Assembly: GCA_964486065.1 (NCBI GenBank)
Contig: CAZAKN010000002.1
Span: 29,452 to 93,451, forward strand
Reading direction: 5' to 3'
DNA length: 64,000 nt
From: an uncultured Gammaproteobacteria bacterium
GTDB lineage: Bacteria; Patescibacteriota; Patescibacteriia; UBA11705; JABHMO01
Each line of letters starts with the position of its first letter. The first letter of the stretch is position 1. Positions 1 through 9,264 of this stretch are shown here, one piece after another. The position numbers and the translations under genes were made by a program. Below the pieces are notes generated by a model that was not told where the DNA came from, did no database searches, and saw only the letters and a list, made by a program, of their open reading frames with translations.

Positions 1-344
1 GGCTTGTAATAAAAACCGTCCAAATGCGCCTTGGTGATCAACTTGATCAAATTTTTATATCCTTGATAATTCTTCGCCAACAAAATCAAATGATAACGCT
101 CCTCTTCGGATGCGTTTTTTTTCTTGTGCTCATCAACCACATAAGCTTCTACTCCGATAATCGGCTTTATACCCTCAGCTTTGCATTTTTGATAAAACTC
201 AATCACTCCATACATGGTTCCATGATCGGTTATGGCGATGGCGTCCATACCGCAATCTTTGGCTTTGGCGATATAATCATCCAGCTTGGTCAAACCATCC
301 AAAAGACTGTAATGGGTATGAACATGCAACGGAGTATATTTCAT
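1..344 (-). CDS. dnaE: DNA polymerase III alpha subunit, N-terminal PHP domain (partial; continues beyond window start)
   Basis: Minus-strand ATG at 342-344. Translation MKYTPLHVHTHYSLLDGLTKLDDYIAKAKDCGMDAIAITDHGTMYG... is the canonical PHP-domain start of DnaE/PolC. The listed + strand ORF 24..380 is its shadow frame. Confidence 0.75.
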   Translation of the reverse strand, partial: MKYTPLHVHTHYSLLDGLTKLDDYIAKAKDCGMDAIAITDHGTMYGVIEFYQKCKAEGIKPIIGVEAYVVDEHKKKNASEEERYHLILLAKNYQGYKNLIKLITKAHLDGFYYK

Positions 345-440
345 AAGCAAATTGATGAATTGCAATTCATTGATTACTGAATTATTTTAGCACACATAAA
401 GCGAAGGAAAAACATTGACAAATCAGCTTTTACATTGCTG

Positions 441-470
441 AAAATAAAAAACCTCCGCCAATGGCGGAGG
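441..470 (-). terminator. rho-independent terminator after the 481..1245 gene
   Basis: 8-bp GC stem cctccgcc/ggcggagg with short loop, followed on the minus strand by a T-run (A-run 441-451 on +). Confidence 0.5.
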
Positions 471-480
471 AGTCAAAAAG

Positions 481-1245
481 TTATTGATATTGAACGGACA
501 AACTGTCGCGTTGCGAGCCGAATACACGCGGATGGTTGCGCAGAAATGAAGCATCCAGTGGTACCGCGTAGCTCGCTTCTTCCAAAAGTGTTAGCGCCCA
601 AAGTCGTTTAAGCGGAGTGAGCAAATCCGGTTTTCCGTTGGCTTTGAAAAAAATCTTATACAAGTTTTCTTCAAACCGTTTGACTTGATAATCAACTTCT
701 TTGCTCACGGAAATATGCAAGTAAGCGCTGAGCAAATTGACCCAAGGCTGACCGATCAGCATAGACGCTTCATGCCAATCTCGCATTTCTGGTCGCCGAT
801 ACATGGCGTCGCAGATCTTCATGCCCTCGCCGATTTGCAATTCGGGAAAAATTTCCGTCACCGCGTCAAGCCTCAATTCTTGAAAACCGAACGGCGGTTG
901 AGCGTCCAATCCAAGCATTCTGGAACTTTTCATGCCCGCCAAAATATTTTTCATCTCGCCGGTTGTAACATTCATGAAGCGCAGAAAAGTCCGCTCATCC
1001 CGTGCCACGAACCAGACAGTGGTTTTCGCTTTGAAACGAGCATTGATCGCCAACTTGATGTCATGCGCGTGATCAATGAAGATGATGGGTAACCTTTTCT
1101 TGAACCCCTTGATCTCTTTTTGCAAATTGATGAAACAAGTTTGCAAAGCGTCGGCGAATTCACGCCCTTCCATCATCACCTCCATGTCATTAAAAACGGA
1201 AAATTGCGTGGCCAGAACTTCTCTGAGAAGAGTCGGTTTGCCCAT
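481..1245 (-). CDS. P-loop NTPase-like protein, apparently N-terminally truncated ATPase
   Basis: Starts MGKPTLL (Walker-A GK[ST] remnant without the glycine-rich loop). Walker-B-like IIFIDHAHD. AAGGAG SD 4 nt upstream. An in-frame TAA 9 codons upstream excludes an N-terminal extension. Confidence 0.45.
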   Translation of the reverse strand: MGKPTLLREVLATQFSVFNDMEVMMEGREFADALQTCFINLQKEIKGFKKRLPIIFIDHAHDIKLAINARFKAKTTVWFVARDERTFLRFMNVTTGEMKNILAGMKSSRMLGLDAQPPFGFQELRLDAVTEIFPELQIGEGMKICDAMYRRPEMRDWHEASMLIGQPWVNLLSAYLHISVSKEVDYQVKRFEENLYKIFFKANGKPDLLTPLKRLWALTLLEEASYAVPLDASFLRNHPRVFGSQRDSLSVQYQ

Positions 1246-1329
1246 GTGAACTCCTTTGTTTTAAAAAATGATCTTAGCCGAAAACACTTGGTAAAGAACG
1301 CGTTATTATAAGCAAATAATTCAATTTTG

Positions 1330-3291
1330 TCAATCCGCCAAATACAACTTGAATTTCTCATCATGCACCATTTTCTGCTCATGCTTAACGGAATCAAGTT
1401 TTCCGTTTTGCCAAAAATTCAGATCCAAACTCAAATCCATTTCCGGCAGTCCGGACTGCTTCTGCACGAACAAATCATATTCACCCGTTTGTCTGATTTT
1501 TTCACTCAAATCCGCCGGCAATTTATATGTCCAGACCACTTCCGTGCTTTGATTTAAAAATACTTGGAAAAACAATCCAAACGCGGTTTTGCCGAATTCA
1601 TCATATTTATCAACTTCATCAACCGGTATCTTCATGCGTCCAACTCTCATGTCAATAAGTTCACTTCCCTGAGGCGCGTACAATCGCGAATAACTTCCAT
1701 AATGAGTGGTGCGCCAATCGGTTTCCGAAGCATGATTCACATACTCGGCTTTGGCTTCCACTCGGATCTCACCGTTTTCATTTTCCAATAAATAATAATG
1801 CAATGAACGATCAATGAATTGATCTGTTTTCTTGGCCGCCATATTGGAATCAACCAGCATAACGAAGTCGCCTTCAACTTGTTTAACTTCTCCTCCCCAA
1901 CCGTTTTCAATTATCACGGTTTGGAATTTCGGTTCATTGCTATACAAAAGCAAATGTTTTTCCTTGACCAAATCACCGCCCAAATCAATCAAATCCAACC
2001 ATTTATTCAAAGGTAAAGAATATAATCTGTTAATTATTTGGTCACCCAGTTCGGCAATGATTTCCTTTCTATCATCATCACTCAATCCCTGTTCCACGAA
2101 ACCTTGTTCCACTTCATATTCCAACTGTTCCCATAAATTATCCGGCGTAAAATAAGTATCGCGCACTTGAAAATCACCGATAACTCGCAAAAGCCTTTCC
2201 ACCGCGTCCGGCGTAATCGCGATCACTCCGTCCAAATTCTGCTCACCTCCTTCTTCATAATAAAACCATTGCATTTTTTCGGCGGATCTGGGGAAATCCG
2301 GCCACCAATTGGAATCGCGCAAAAACCACTGCTCCTGTCTTAAAAAAGTTTGTATCGGTTCGGGCGGTTCCACATCCAAAAACGCTCTGGCCGGTCGATC
2401 GTAAACATAAACATTTTCCGTATCAAATTCCACCAATTCCGCGTTTTCCACCGTTAAATGTCCGACTGTACCCAAAAACCCTCCCGTCGCCCGCAATTCA
2501 CGATTATTCTGCAAAGCCAACAAATAAGTTCTTTGCTCCGGGTAGCCCGTTAAAATCGGAACCAATCTGGAAAAAGACAAAAATCCGCTGAAACCTCTGT
2601 TTAATTCCGGTATTTTCTCTTGCAGAGGGCTCACCACGGAATCAAAAATAAACAGCGGATGCCGAGAATTAATATCCGCCAGCTTATCTGAAATTACTGT
2701 GAATTCTTGATCAACCGCTTCAAAATCATTGACCGAAGCATAGATTACTTTCAATATTTCCGCTTTTTCCGTGACGCTCACTTCACTGAAACTGGTTTGT
2801 CCTTGATTTAAAATAACGAAAATTTCTTCACCTATATCCGACATATCTTTCAATGAACCGGACAAACCGAGACCTATTTCAAAAATATCTCGCGCCACAA
2901 TGCGTTGATCTTCAGCATAATCAATATTGAATATTTTGGCTTCACCCATGATATCAGTATAGCGCACGGCTTTATCAAACGCTGTTTCAGCACGACTCAA
3001 TTCTACACCCGCTTCAGCGAATCGTCGCTGTTCAATCATGTTTTGCGCGTTAAGCAAAGACCGTTGAGCTTCATTCGCTTGCGCGTAAACATTTTGGATG
3101 GAATTGTAATACGGCAAAAGTGAAATCAAGGAAAAAAATCCGAAAAAAACGATGAAAACAAAAATTAACAAAATAAAATAAGGCAATAACTTGAAAGGAG
3201 TCAAAATCAAAACACCCGCGCCCACTCTTTTCGGTGGTCGCGGTAATGGACAAAAATCACCTTCCAAAAAATTTTGTTTTTCTTGTTGCAT
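1330..3291 (-). CDS. membrane-anchored DUF4012-like extracytoplasmic protein
   Basis: 653 aa. N-terminal hydrophobic helix after a Pro-rich segment. ATGGFLGT-type motif recalled from DUF4012 proteins of CPR envelope loci. Family assignment is from memory, not a search. Confidence 0.55.
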   Translation of the reverse strand: MQQEKQNFLEGDFCPLPRPPKRVGAGVLILTPFKLLPYFILLIFVFIVFFGFFSLISLLPYYNSIQNVYAQANEAQRSLLNAQNMIEQRRFAEAGVELSRAETAFDKAVRYTDIMGEAKIFNIDYAEDQRIVARDIFEIGLGLSGSLKDMSDIGEEIFVILNQGQTSFSEVSVTEKAEILKVIYASVNDFEAVDQEFTVISDKLADINSRHPLFIFDSVVSPLQEKIPELNRGFSGFLSFSRLVPILTGYPEQRTYLLALQNNRELRATGGFLGTVGHLTVENAELVEFDTENVYVYDRPARAFLDVEPPEPIQTFLRQEQWFLRDSNWWPDFPRSAEKMQWFYYEEGGEQNLDGVIAITPDAVERLLRVIGDFQVRDTYFTPDNLWEQLEYEVEQGFVEQGLSDDDRKEIIAELGDQIINRLYSLPLNKWLDLIDLGGDLVKEKHLLLYSNEPKFQTVIIENGWGGEVKQVEGDFVMLVDSNMAAKKTDQFIDRSLHYYLLENENGEIRVEAKAEYVNHASETDWRTTHYGSYSRLYAPQGSELIDMRVGRMKIPVDEVDKYDEFGKTAFGLFFQVFLNQSTEVVWTYKLPADLSEKIRQTGEYDLFVQKQSGLPEMDLSLDLNFWQNGKLDSVKHEQKMVHDEKFKLYLAD

Positions 3292-3297
3292 GGCTTT

Positions 3298-3340
3298 ATT
3301 ATATCTTATCTCAAGCGTTTTGAAAACGCTTGAAACATTT
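3298..3340 (-). promoter_or_regulatory. leaderless-type promoter (-10 TATAAT 6 nt upstream of the ATG of the 1330..3291 gene) with a 21-23 bp perfect palindrome at the -35 position
   Basis: Minus strand reads ...tcaagcgttttcaaaacgcttgagataagaTATAATaaagccATG. The palindrome tcaagcgtttt/gaaaacgcttga lies at 3318-3340. Confidence 0.35.
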
Positions 3341-3364
3341 GTTTTAAGCTCAACTTCAATTAAT

Positions 3365-3392
3365 TAAAAAAGCCGTTCCGCAAGGCGGAACG
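3365..3392 (-). terminator. rho-independent terminator after the lipoprotein gene
   Basis: 11-bp stem agccgttccgc/gcggaacggct, 3-nt loop, T-run on the minus strand (ttttttaatt). Confidence 0.55.
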
Positions 3393-3400
3393 GCTTGAGT

Positions 3401-4410
3401 TTATTTGCTCGCTTGGGCTTGAGCCTGACGATCATGCCAGATGATCTTCGCTATGGACTTTGTCAAAAAATCCCTCTTCTGAATTGACCAATAATCAATA
3501 TCTTGGGAGTAGAAAGGTACTGTCCCAACTTCTACATAAACATTTTCACCCTGTCTGATATTTTTTTTGTTTATGGAGATGAACCATTGCTTATAATCTG
3601 TCCCAAAGAAAAGCCAATAGTAATCTGATGATCTTTTCGGCAGCAGCCGGGCCTCATAATTATTCCTCAAATGATTTTTAATATCCACAAAAAGTTTTTT
3701 ATAATATCCCTTTCCGGGTTCAGAAAAATATAACTTGATTCCCTTGAGGTTTAGAGTTTTAGTATCTAAATCTTCAGCGTAACTTTTCATTCCAATGGCA
3801 CGATAACAGCGAGACGCTACCAAAGGCGCATCTTTCTCCATCTCGGAAATATGCTTCCTACAAAAATTTTCCTGGGCTTTTTTCGCTTCCTCGAAAAACG
3901 GATAATCCGCCAAAATCGTAGCATATATCGTTATCGATTTTTCCCAATCTTTAGCCTCTTCAGCCTTTTGAATTTTCTTTTGCAAGAAACTCCAATTTGC
4001 TTTAATCACTTTCTTTTTTTCCGCTTTTTCGGCCTTGGCTCGCTTTTCCGCCTCCGCTTTTTCGGCCTTGGCTCGCTTTTCCGCCTCCACTTTTTCGGCC
4101 TTGGCTTTTTTGATTCGCGCTTCCGGATCAGCGCTGAGTTCGTCCAGACCCAAGGCCTTCGCGCAATCTGCGCGTTCGCTGATGGGCAGTTTACCCATTT
4201 TACGAGCGCAAAATTCCGAGAATTCCTTTTCTCCGACACCCCTCCAAGCCAAAAAGACTTTTCCAGTTCTCCGCTCAGCTCCAATTCCGCGACAGCCTGA
4301 GCCTCTTTGGACTCATAATCACCCGGATCAGGGATGATTTCCTTGCCGGCGCAACCGACAATGAATCCCCAAAAAACCGCTAGACTAACCATCAAAGCAA
4401 GCTTTTTCAT
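3401..4410 (-). CDS. repeat-containing lipoprotein with an apparent frameshift (segments 4006..4410 and 3401..4252 are in different frames)
   Basis: Lipoprotein signal MKKLALMVSLAVFWGFIVGC (lipobox IVGC) in the 4410 frame. The downstream frame encodes a Lys/Ala/Glu-rich 11-aa repeat (AKAEKAEAEKR) and a C-terminal globular part. Both frames are open across ~4252-4300, with G4 and A4 runs at the likely switch point. Confidence 0.5.
4021..4105. repeat. 33-bp tandem direct repeat, two perfect copies plus a 19-nt partial third
   Basis: ccgctttttcggccttggctcgcttttccgcct occurs at 4021-4053 and again identically at 4054-4086. A partial third copy follows with 1 mismatch. It encodes the 11-aa repeat of the lipoprotein. 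Confidence 0.85.
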
Positions 4411-4587
4411 CGCTTTTCTCCTTTGCGGGGTTCTCCCGCTTTGTATGGTTTGAAACGAACATAACAGTTAAACTTACACTATTTCAGGGATTTTGTCAAT
4501 ACTAGAAGGTTTAATGTAAAGGTTTAATTAAATTTAAAGAAAAAATCACCCTTTGTGCCTCCGAGTGATTTCAAGTTGAATAAGTTT

Positions 4588-5373
4588 TCAAATTCGCCAT
4601 TTATACATGAATTTCAGCCAACTGCTTATATGTACTCGGGTCATCTTATTGCTGAAAAACTTCAAACTGCCTCCATCAGCCGATTGACGGCGATGCAAAT
4701 GAATTACTTCCACTTCAGGCAAATAAACCGTTTTATAGCCGGCTTCTTGAATACGGCGACACAAATCCGTATCTTCAAAATACATGAAAAAATTATCATC
4801 AAATCCTCCCACTTTGGTCAATACTTCCTTGGACGACAATACGCAAGAACCTTGGATCCAATCCACACTCGCCGGGCGATCATGCGTCCAATCTTTCATT
4901 AAAAACCGGTCTATATCACGACGCGCGAAATTGAATTTTCCCAGAACCGTGCGTCTGAAAATCGGTGTTAAAAAATTGTGTTTGCGATAACAGGTATATT
5001 GCAAAGATTTGTCCGGATTCAACAACTTGGGCGACAATAAACCGATTTTTTTATCCTTTTCCATGAAATCCAATAATCGCGCCAAAGTGTTGGGAAAAAT
5101 AAATATATCCGGATTTAAAATTAAAATGTAGTCACCGCGCGCCACTTCAATCCCCAGATTATTTCCGCCACCCATACCCAAATTTTTTTCGGATTTAATC
5201 AAACGAGCGGTCGGATATTTCTCCGCCAATAGTTTTTCAACTCCATCATGTGAAGCATTATCCACCACGATCACTTCATAATCCTCCCGCAATTCAGATT
5301 CGTAAATCGCCCTCAAACAATTCTTGACCAAGCCTCGCATTTTATAATTTAACACTACAATACTGAGCTTCAT
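4588..5373 (-). CDS. family 2 glycosyltransferase (GT-A)
   Basis: MKLSIVVLNYK...VIVVDNASHDG...FFMYFEDTDLCRR. Typical GT2 N-terminus with DxD and ED motifs. Confidence 0.8.
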   Translation of the reverse strand: MKLSIVVLNYKMRGLVKNCLRAIYESELREDYEVIVVDNASHDGVEKLLAEKYPTARLIKSEKNLGMGGGNNLGIEVARGDYILILNPDIFIFPNTLARLLDFMEKDKKIGLLSPKLLNPDKSLQYTCYRKHNFLTPIFRRTVLGKFNFARRDIDRFLMKDWTHDRPASVDWIQGSCVLSSKEVLTKVGGFDDNFFMYFEDTDLCRRIQEAGYKTVYLPEVEVIHLHRRQSADGGSLKFFSNKMTRVHISSWLKFMYKWRI

Positions 5374-5374
5374 A

Positions 5375-6349
5375 CTATTTAAATAATTTTTGCAATTGAT
5401 GATAATCAACCGTCGCGGTTTTATTCATTACCGCTCTTTTGGCTGATAAACTTTTCCGGTGCTTAAAAAATTCCGACCAAGCTTTTATCGCGCCTTTTTC
5501 AAAAATCAAAATATACAAAAATTTCATTAATTCATAAAGAAATACTCGCCAAGAAAATTTTGCGTTTTTAAATAAAAAATATAAATGATTGCGATAAGAT
5601 AAATACTTATTAAAAGCACTGCGATCTTTGCGCGCTTTAATCATTTGAGAAGTTAAACGATTCCCGATCGGCGTTCCAACCGTGCGATCATGATAAGCTA
5701 CCGCTTCGCCAACACGCCAAGCGGAAAACCCCGCTCGTCGCAACCGAAAAGCCAAATCAACATCTTCTTTATAACTGAAAAAACTTTCATCAAAAAATTC
5801 GTTTTGATACATAACTTTTTCCAAAGCGGAACGACGATAAACCGGCACCGCTCCGGAAACACCGAAAACTTCTCGCGTATCATCGTATTGACCTTGATCA
5901 ACTTCACCCGATCCCAAATCTTCAACTTTTAAATTTTTACGCGCAAGTAAACCCGCGGAATCAATCATGTCCGGCTGGGCATCATCTTTCATGCGCAATA
6001 TTTTACCCGAGACCGCGCCGACTTGCGGATGCGAATCCATTAAACCAATTACTTTCCGCGCATAATCCGGCGCCAAAATCACATCCTGATTTAAACATAA
6101 AACATATTCCGACTTGGTCCAATGCATGGCTTGATTGTGCGCTTTGGCAAAACCCGCGTTGCTTTTATTGCGTACCACCTGCAAATGAGGATACCTTTCA
6201 TTGATCAAACCCAAAGTGTTATCCGTGGATCCGTTATCAATTATTATTATGGAAAAATCTTGAAAAGTTTGATTAAAAACGGAAGCCAGACAGGCTTCAA
6301 TGTATTTTTCTCCATTCCAAGTTACAAGATTTATTGATATTTTAGGCAT
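5375..6349 (-). CDS. family 2 glycosyltransferase (GT-A)
   Basis: MPKISINLVTWNGEKYIEACLASVFNQTFQDFSIIIIDNGSTDNT...SYKEDVDLAFRL. The stop abuts the downstream GT2 start. Confidence 0.8.
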   Translation of the reverse strand: MPKISINLVTWNGEKYIEACLASVFNQTFQDFSIIIIDNGSTDNTLGLINERYPHLQVVRNKSNAGFAKAHNQAMHWTKSEYVLCLNQDVILAPDYARKVIGLMDSHPQVGAVSGKILRMKDDAQPDMIDSAGLLARKNLKVEDLGSGEVDQGQYDDTREVFGVSGAVPVYRRSALEKVMYQNEFFDESFFSYKEDVDLAFRLRRAGFSAWRVGEAVAYHDRTVGTPIGNRLTSQMIKARKDRSAFNKYLSYRNHLYFLFKNAKFSWRVFLYELMKFLYILIFEKGAIKAWSEFFKHRKSLSAKRAVMNKTATVDYHQLQKLFK

Positions 6350-6498
6350 AATATTTTTACAAACCGACTTAATCCGCGCTTCTTTCAATTATTATCATAG
6401 CATGATTTTAGCATAATGTCCGAGTTGCGCAATTGATAATCAGTGCGAATAAAAAACCGACCTTGAAACAAGTTCGGCTGAATAATTCTCAACATTTA

Positions 6499-7995
6499 CT
6501 ATTTTCGCGCTTTCGGCGTAACGAAAAATCCCAAATGATATTTCGGTCCGAGCATAAGACGAGTCTGCGCTTCCACCGCGGGTATGGCCCCGAAAATCAC
6601 CAAAGTTATCGGCAATAAAGCCCATTGAAAAAACATGACCAAATATTTCCAGCGTGGCTCACTTTTCGGTCTTTTCGGCAAAATAAACATACTGACCACC
6701 GCTGAAAATCCAATACCGATCATGGCCGCTCCCATCAACCATTCCAAAACATAAGGGGCGTTCTGCACGATTACCGAAGTGGAGATCTCACTTTGCCCGG
6801 CCACATACAATGGTAACCGACCGAGAATAAAAATTAAAATCGGTACCGTGGCCCAAGAATACATGCCTTCCAATAAATTCCAAGTGTATTTCAATTTTTT
6901 ACCGAACGAAATATCATTATATTCTTTTTTTAAAAAATTCCACATCATAAACGGGAAATGCTCCACGCCCCAAGCCCAACGGCGTTGTTGTTTATAAAGA
7001 TTTTTAAAACTGACCCAATAATTATCATCCATCACCGTATCCATGGACACGGGAATATACATCGGTTCCGTGCGATAACCTCCGTGGTAACGGAAAAAAC
7101 ATTGTAGAAAAATACGAGAATCATCGGTTACAATATCCTTCTGCCAGAACCCAACATCAACCAAAGCTTGAAAACTCATGGAATGCGAGCTGAAAGTATA
7201 AAGTCGCTCCGGTCGCATCATATCCATCAAGAGCCAAAAAATAGTGCCGAACGCGGTAACTCGCATAACCGCCGGCGCGTCCCAAATATTATTATTGTAA
7301 TTAACCGCCGGCTGATAAGAAACTTTGGTCGGCGTGGGATGAATCAAATACTTGTGCGTTAAAACTGAAAAATATTTCGGGTGCACGCAAGTATCACTGT
7401 CAAAATATGAAACAATCAAATTCCGGTAATCAAACCCGAGTCGGTCAATCAATTCTTTGGACCGCCACCCCATCCAATGCGCGTTGGCGCCTTTGCCTTT
7501 CATCTCACCTTCAAGATTCTCCGGATGCACGGTTATCAAAATTTTGTAAAACAGATCACCAAACTCTTTTTTAATTTGTTCCGCCTTGGGCGGGAAATCA
7601 TCTCCGGCGCGCGCTTCACCTCCCAGAATCACAATCATTTTCTTGGTCGGATAATCACTGTTCACGAAACTACGAAAAGTGGTACGCAAAACTTCCAAAG
7701 GTTCGCCGTAAGTCGGCAAATAAATAACATGATGAATTTTCTCCCAACCTTGAATTTTTTTTATTTTGCCCAGCCAATCCACTTTGGCATTATTCTTGTA
7801 TTTGAAATATGAAATACTGGCGTAAAAAATAAAATGAATCACGCGCAAAAGCCAATACAAATCAAACGCGATAATGAAGTAAATCACCCATAAAGGTTTG
7901 ATGAAAGACAAAACTATGGACATGATAAAAGTCGTCCATATCAAAATGCCGGGCACCATTTCCAGCAATCTGAATTTCCATGATTTGGGTCTCAT
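6499..7995 (-). CDS. membrane-embedded processive GT2 (cellulose/chitin/hyaluronan synthase-like)
   Basis: N- and C-terminal TM helices flank a GT-A domain with DSD and the Q(Q/R)xRW signature (LYKQQRRWAWG). Confidence 0.75.
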   Translation of the reverse strand: MRPKSWKFRLLEMVPGILIWTTFIMSIVLSFIKPLWVIYFIIAFDLYWLLRVIHFIFYASISYFKYKNNAKVDWLGKIKKIQGWEKIHHVIYLPTYGEPLEVLRTTFRSFVNSDYPTKKMIVILGGEARAGDDFPPKAEQIKKEFGDLFYKILITVHPENLEGEMKGKGANAHWMGWRSKELIDRLGFDYRNLIVSYFDSDTCVHPKYFSVLTHKYLIHPTPTKVSYQPAVNYNNNIWDAPAVMRVTAFGTIFWLLMDMMRPERLYTFSSHSMSFQALVDVGFWQKDIVTDDSRIFLQCFFRYHGGYRTEPMYIPVSMDTVMDDNYWVSFKNLYKQQRRWAWGVEHFPFMMWNFLKKEYNDISFGKKLKYTWNLLEGMYSWATVPILIFILGRLPLYVAGQSEISTSVIVQNAPYVLEWLMGAAMIGIGFSAVVSMFILPKRPKSEPRWKYLVMFFQWALLPITLVIFGAIPAVEAQTRLMLGPKYHLGFFVTPKARK

Positions 7996-8067
7996 CGGAG
8001 TGAATCAATTATTCAATAAGTAATGCGAGCATAACACGAAAGCCACAATTATTCAAGTATATTCGCT

Positions 8068-8102
8068 AAAATTAAATAAAATAAGCGCTTTGTAGCGCTT
8101 AT
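8068..8102 (-). terminator. rho-independent terminator downstream of the permease gene
   Basis: Hairpin taagcgct-ttgt-agcgctta (8081-8102), then a T-rich run on the minus strand. Confidence 0.45.
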
Positions 8103-8126
8103 AATCCAATCAATCATGAATCATCT

Positions 8127-9263
8127 TTAAATCAACATATTATACAAAGTCCAAACAAATCCCACGGTAAATAAAATAATCAGCATTAAACCCGCAATTT
8201 TCAATTGCGGTAATTCAAAAACCGGTTTTTTATCTCCCTTTCTGCGCGCAACCCAAAAAGTCAAAACAATGATTATTCCGGTCAATCCGAAAGTTAAGCT
8301 ACCGGCTATGCCCATTACCGTGATAAAATCCCGCGCGCCGAGCAAAAAAATCACAAGAGGTAAACTGATCACCGCCAACCATGAATTGAATTTGCTCATT
8401 TTATAATCAAAATGAAAAACTTCCATAAGCACCACACTGAAACTCAAAAAACTGGTGGCCATGCCGAGCAAGGCGAAAACATTACCCCAGAAAGCGACTT
8501 GCCCGTTTATCACTTGGCTTAAATTTATGGTGGCCACTTCACTGGTCAATCGCCCGGTCGCGCCGAGAACCGCCAGAGTGAAAACCGTGTAAATCAAAAT
8601 GGGCAACCAGCTGGCAAAACTCACCGCGCTTTTAACATGCTTTTCTTTTCCTTTTAATATTTCTCTACCCACCACCACGGATGACGCGCCACCATAAGCG
8701 AATAAAATCACCCCGTAAGGAATAAATAATTTACCGGCATCCTGATATAAGTAATTATTAAAATCAACCACTCCGAAACTTACCGCGGAAATCGCCGCGA
8801 TTATTATGATAAAAAACAAAACCAACCAAAATTCAACCACTTTTACCAAATTCAAGCCAACATACAAAATAATCGCCGCCACGACCCAAAAAGCCAAACT
8901 GTAATAAAAAGCCGAACCTCCCAATAAAACCGACAAAACTTCTCCTTCCCCGATAATGTAAGCGATCAAAGCTCCGTAAGTGCTGAACATAAGCGCGAAC
9001 ATTTGCACTCGCCCCGCCCATGAACCCAAATATTTTTTCGCGTAACCGACCAATTGATGACTGCCTTTCGTCCGTAAAATAAATTCCCCCACCATCAAAT
9101 TGGTCAACCAAGTGGCCGCCCCCAAACCGAGTAACAAAATAATCGCCCAGACTGCTCCGGTTTTAGACGCGGCATAAGGAATACCCAAAATGCCGGCTCC
9201 GATAATCGTGCCGGCCATGGTAGCCACCGCTTGCCAATAAGCTTTATTGAATTTTTTCTTCAT
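8127..9263 (-). CDS. amino acid permease (aromatic amino acid / HAAAP-type transporter)
   Basis: About 11 TM segments. N-terminal AGTIIGAGILGIPYA motif is typical of Trp/Tyr permease-family transporters. Confidence 0.65.
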   Translation of the reverse strand: MKKKFNKAYWQAVATMAGTIIGAGILGIPYAASKTGAVWAIILLLGLGAATWLTNLMVGEFILRTKGSHQLVGYAKKYLGSWAGRVQMFALMFSTYGALIAYIIGEGEVLSVLLGGSAFYYSLAFWVVAAIILYVGLNLVKVVEFWLVLFFIIIIAAISAVSFGVVDFNNYLYQDAGKLFIPYGVILFAYGGASSVVVGREILKGKEKHVKSAVSFASWLPILIYTVFTLAVLGATGRLTSEVATINLSQVINGQVAFWGNVFALLGMATSFLSFSVVLMEVFHFDYKMSKFNSWLAVISLPLVIFLLGARDFITVMGIAGSLTFGLTGIIIVLTFWVARRKGDKKPVFELPQLKIAGLMLIILFTVGFVWTLYNMLI

Positions 9264-9264
9264 T

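Noticed and set aside
24-380. Listed + strand ORF (118 aa) at the window start
   Set aside because: The opposite strand encodes the unmistakable PHP-domain start of DnaE (MKYTPLHVHTHYSLLDGL...). The + ORF is a shadow frame.
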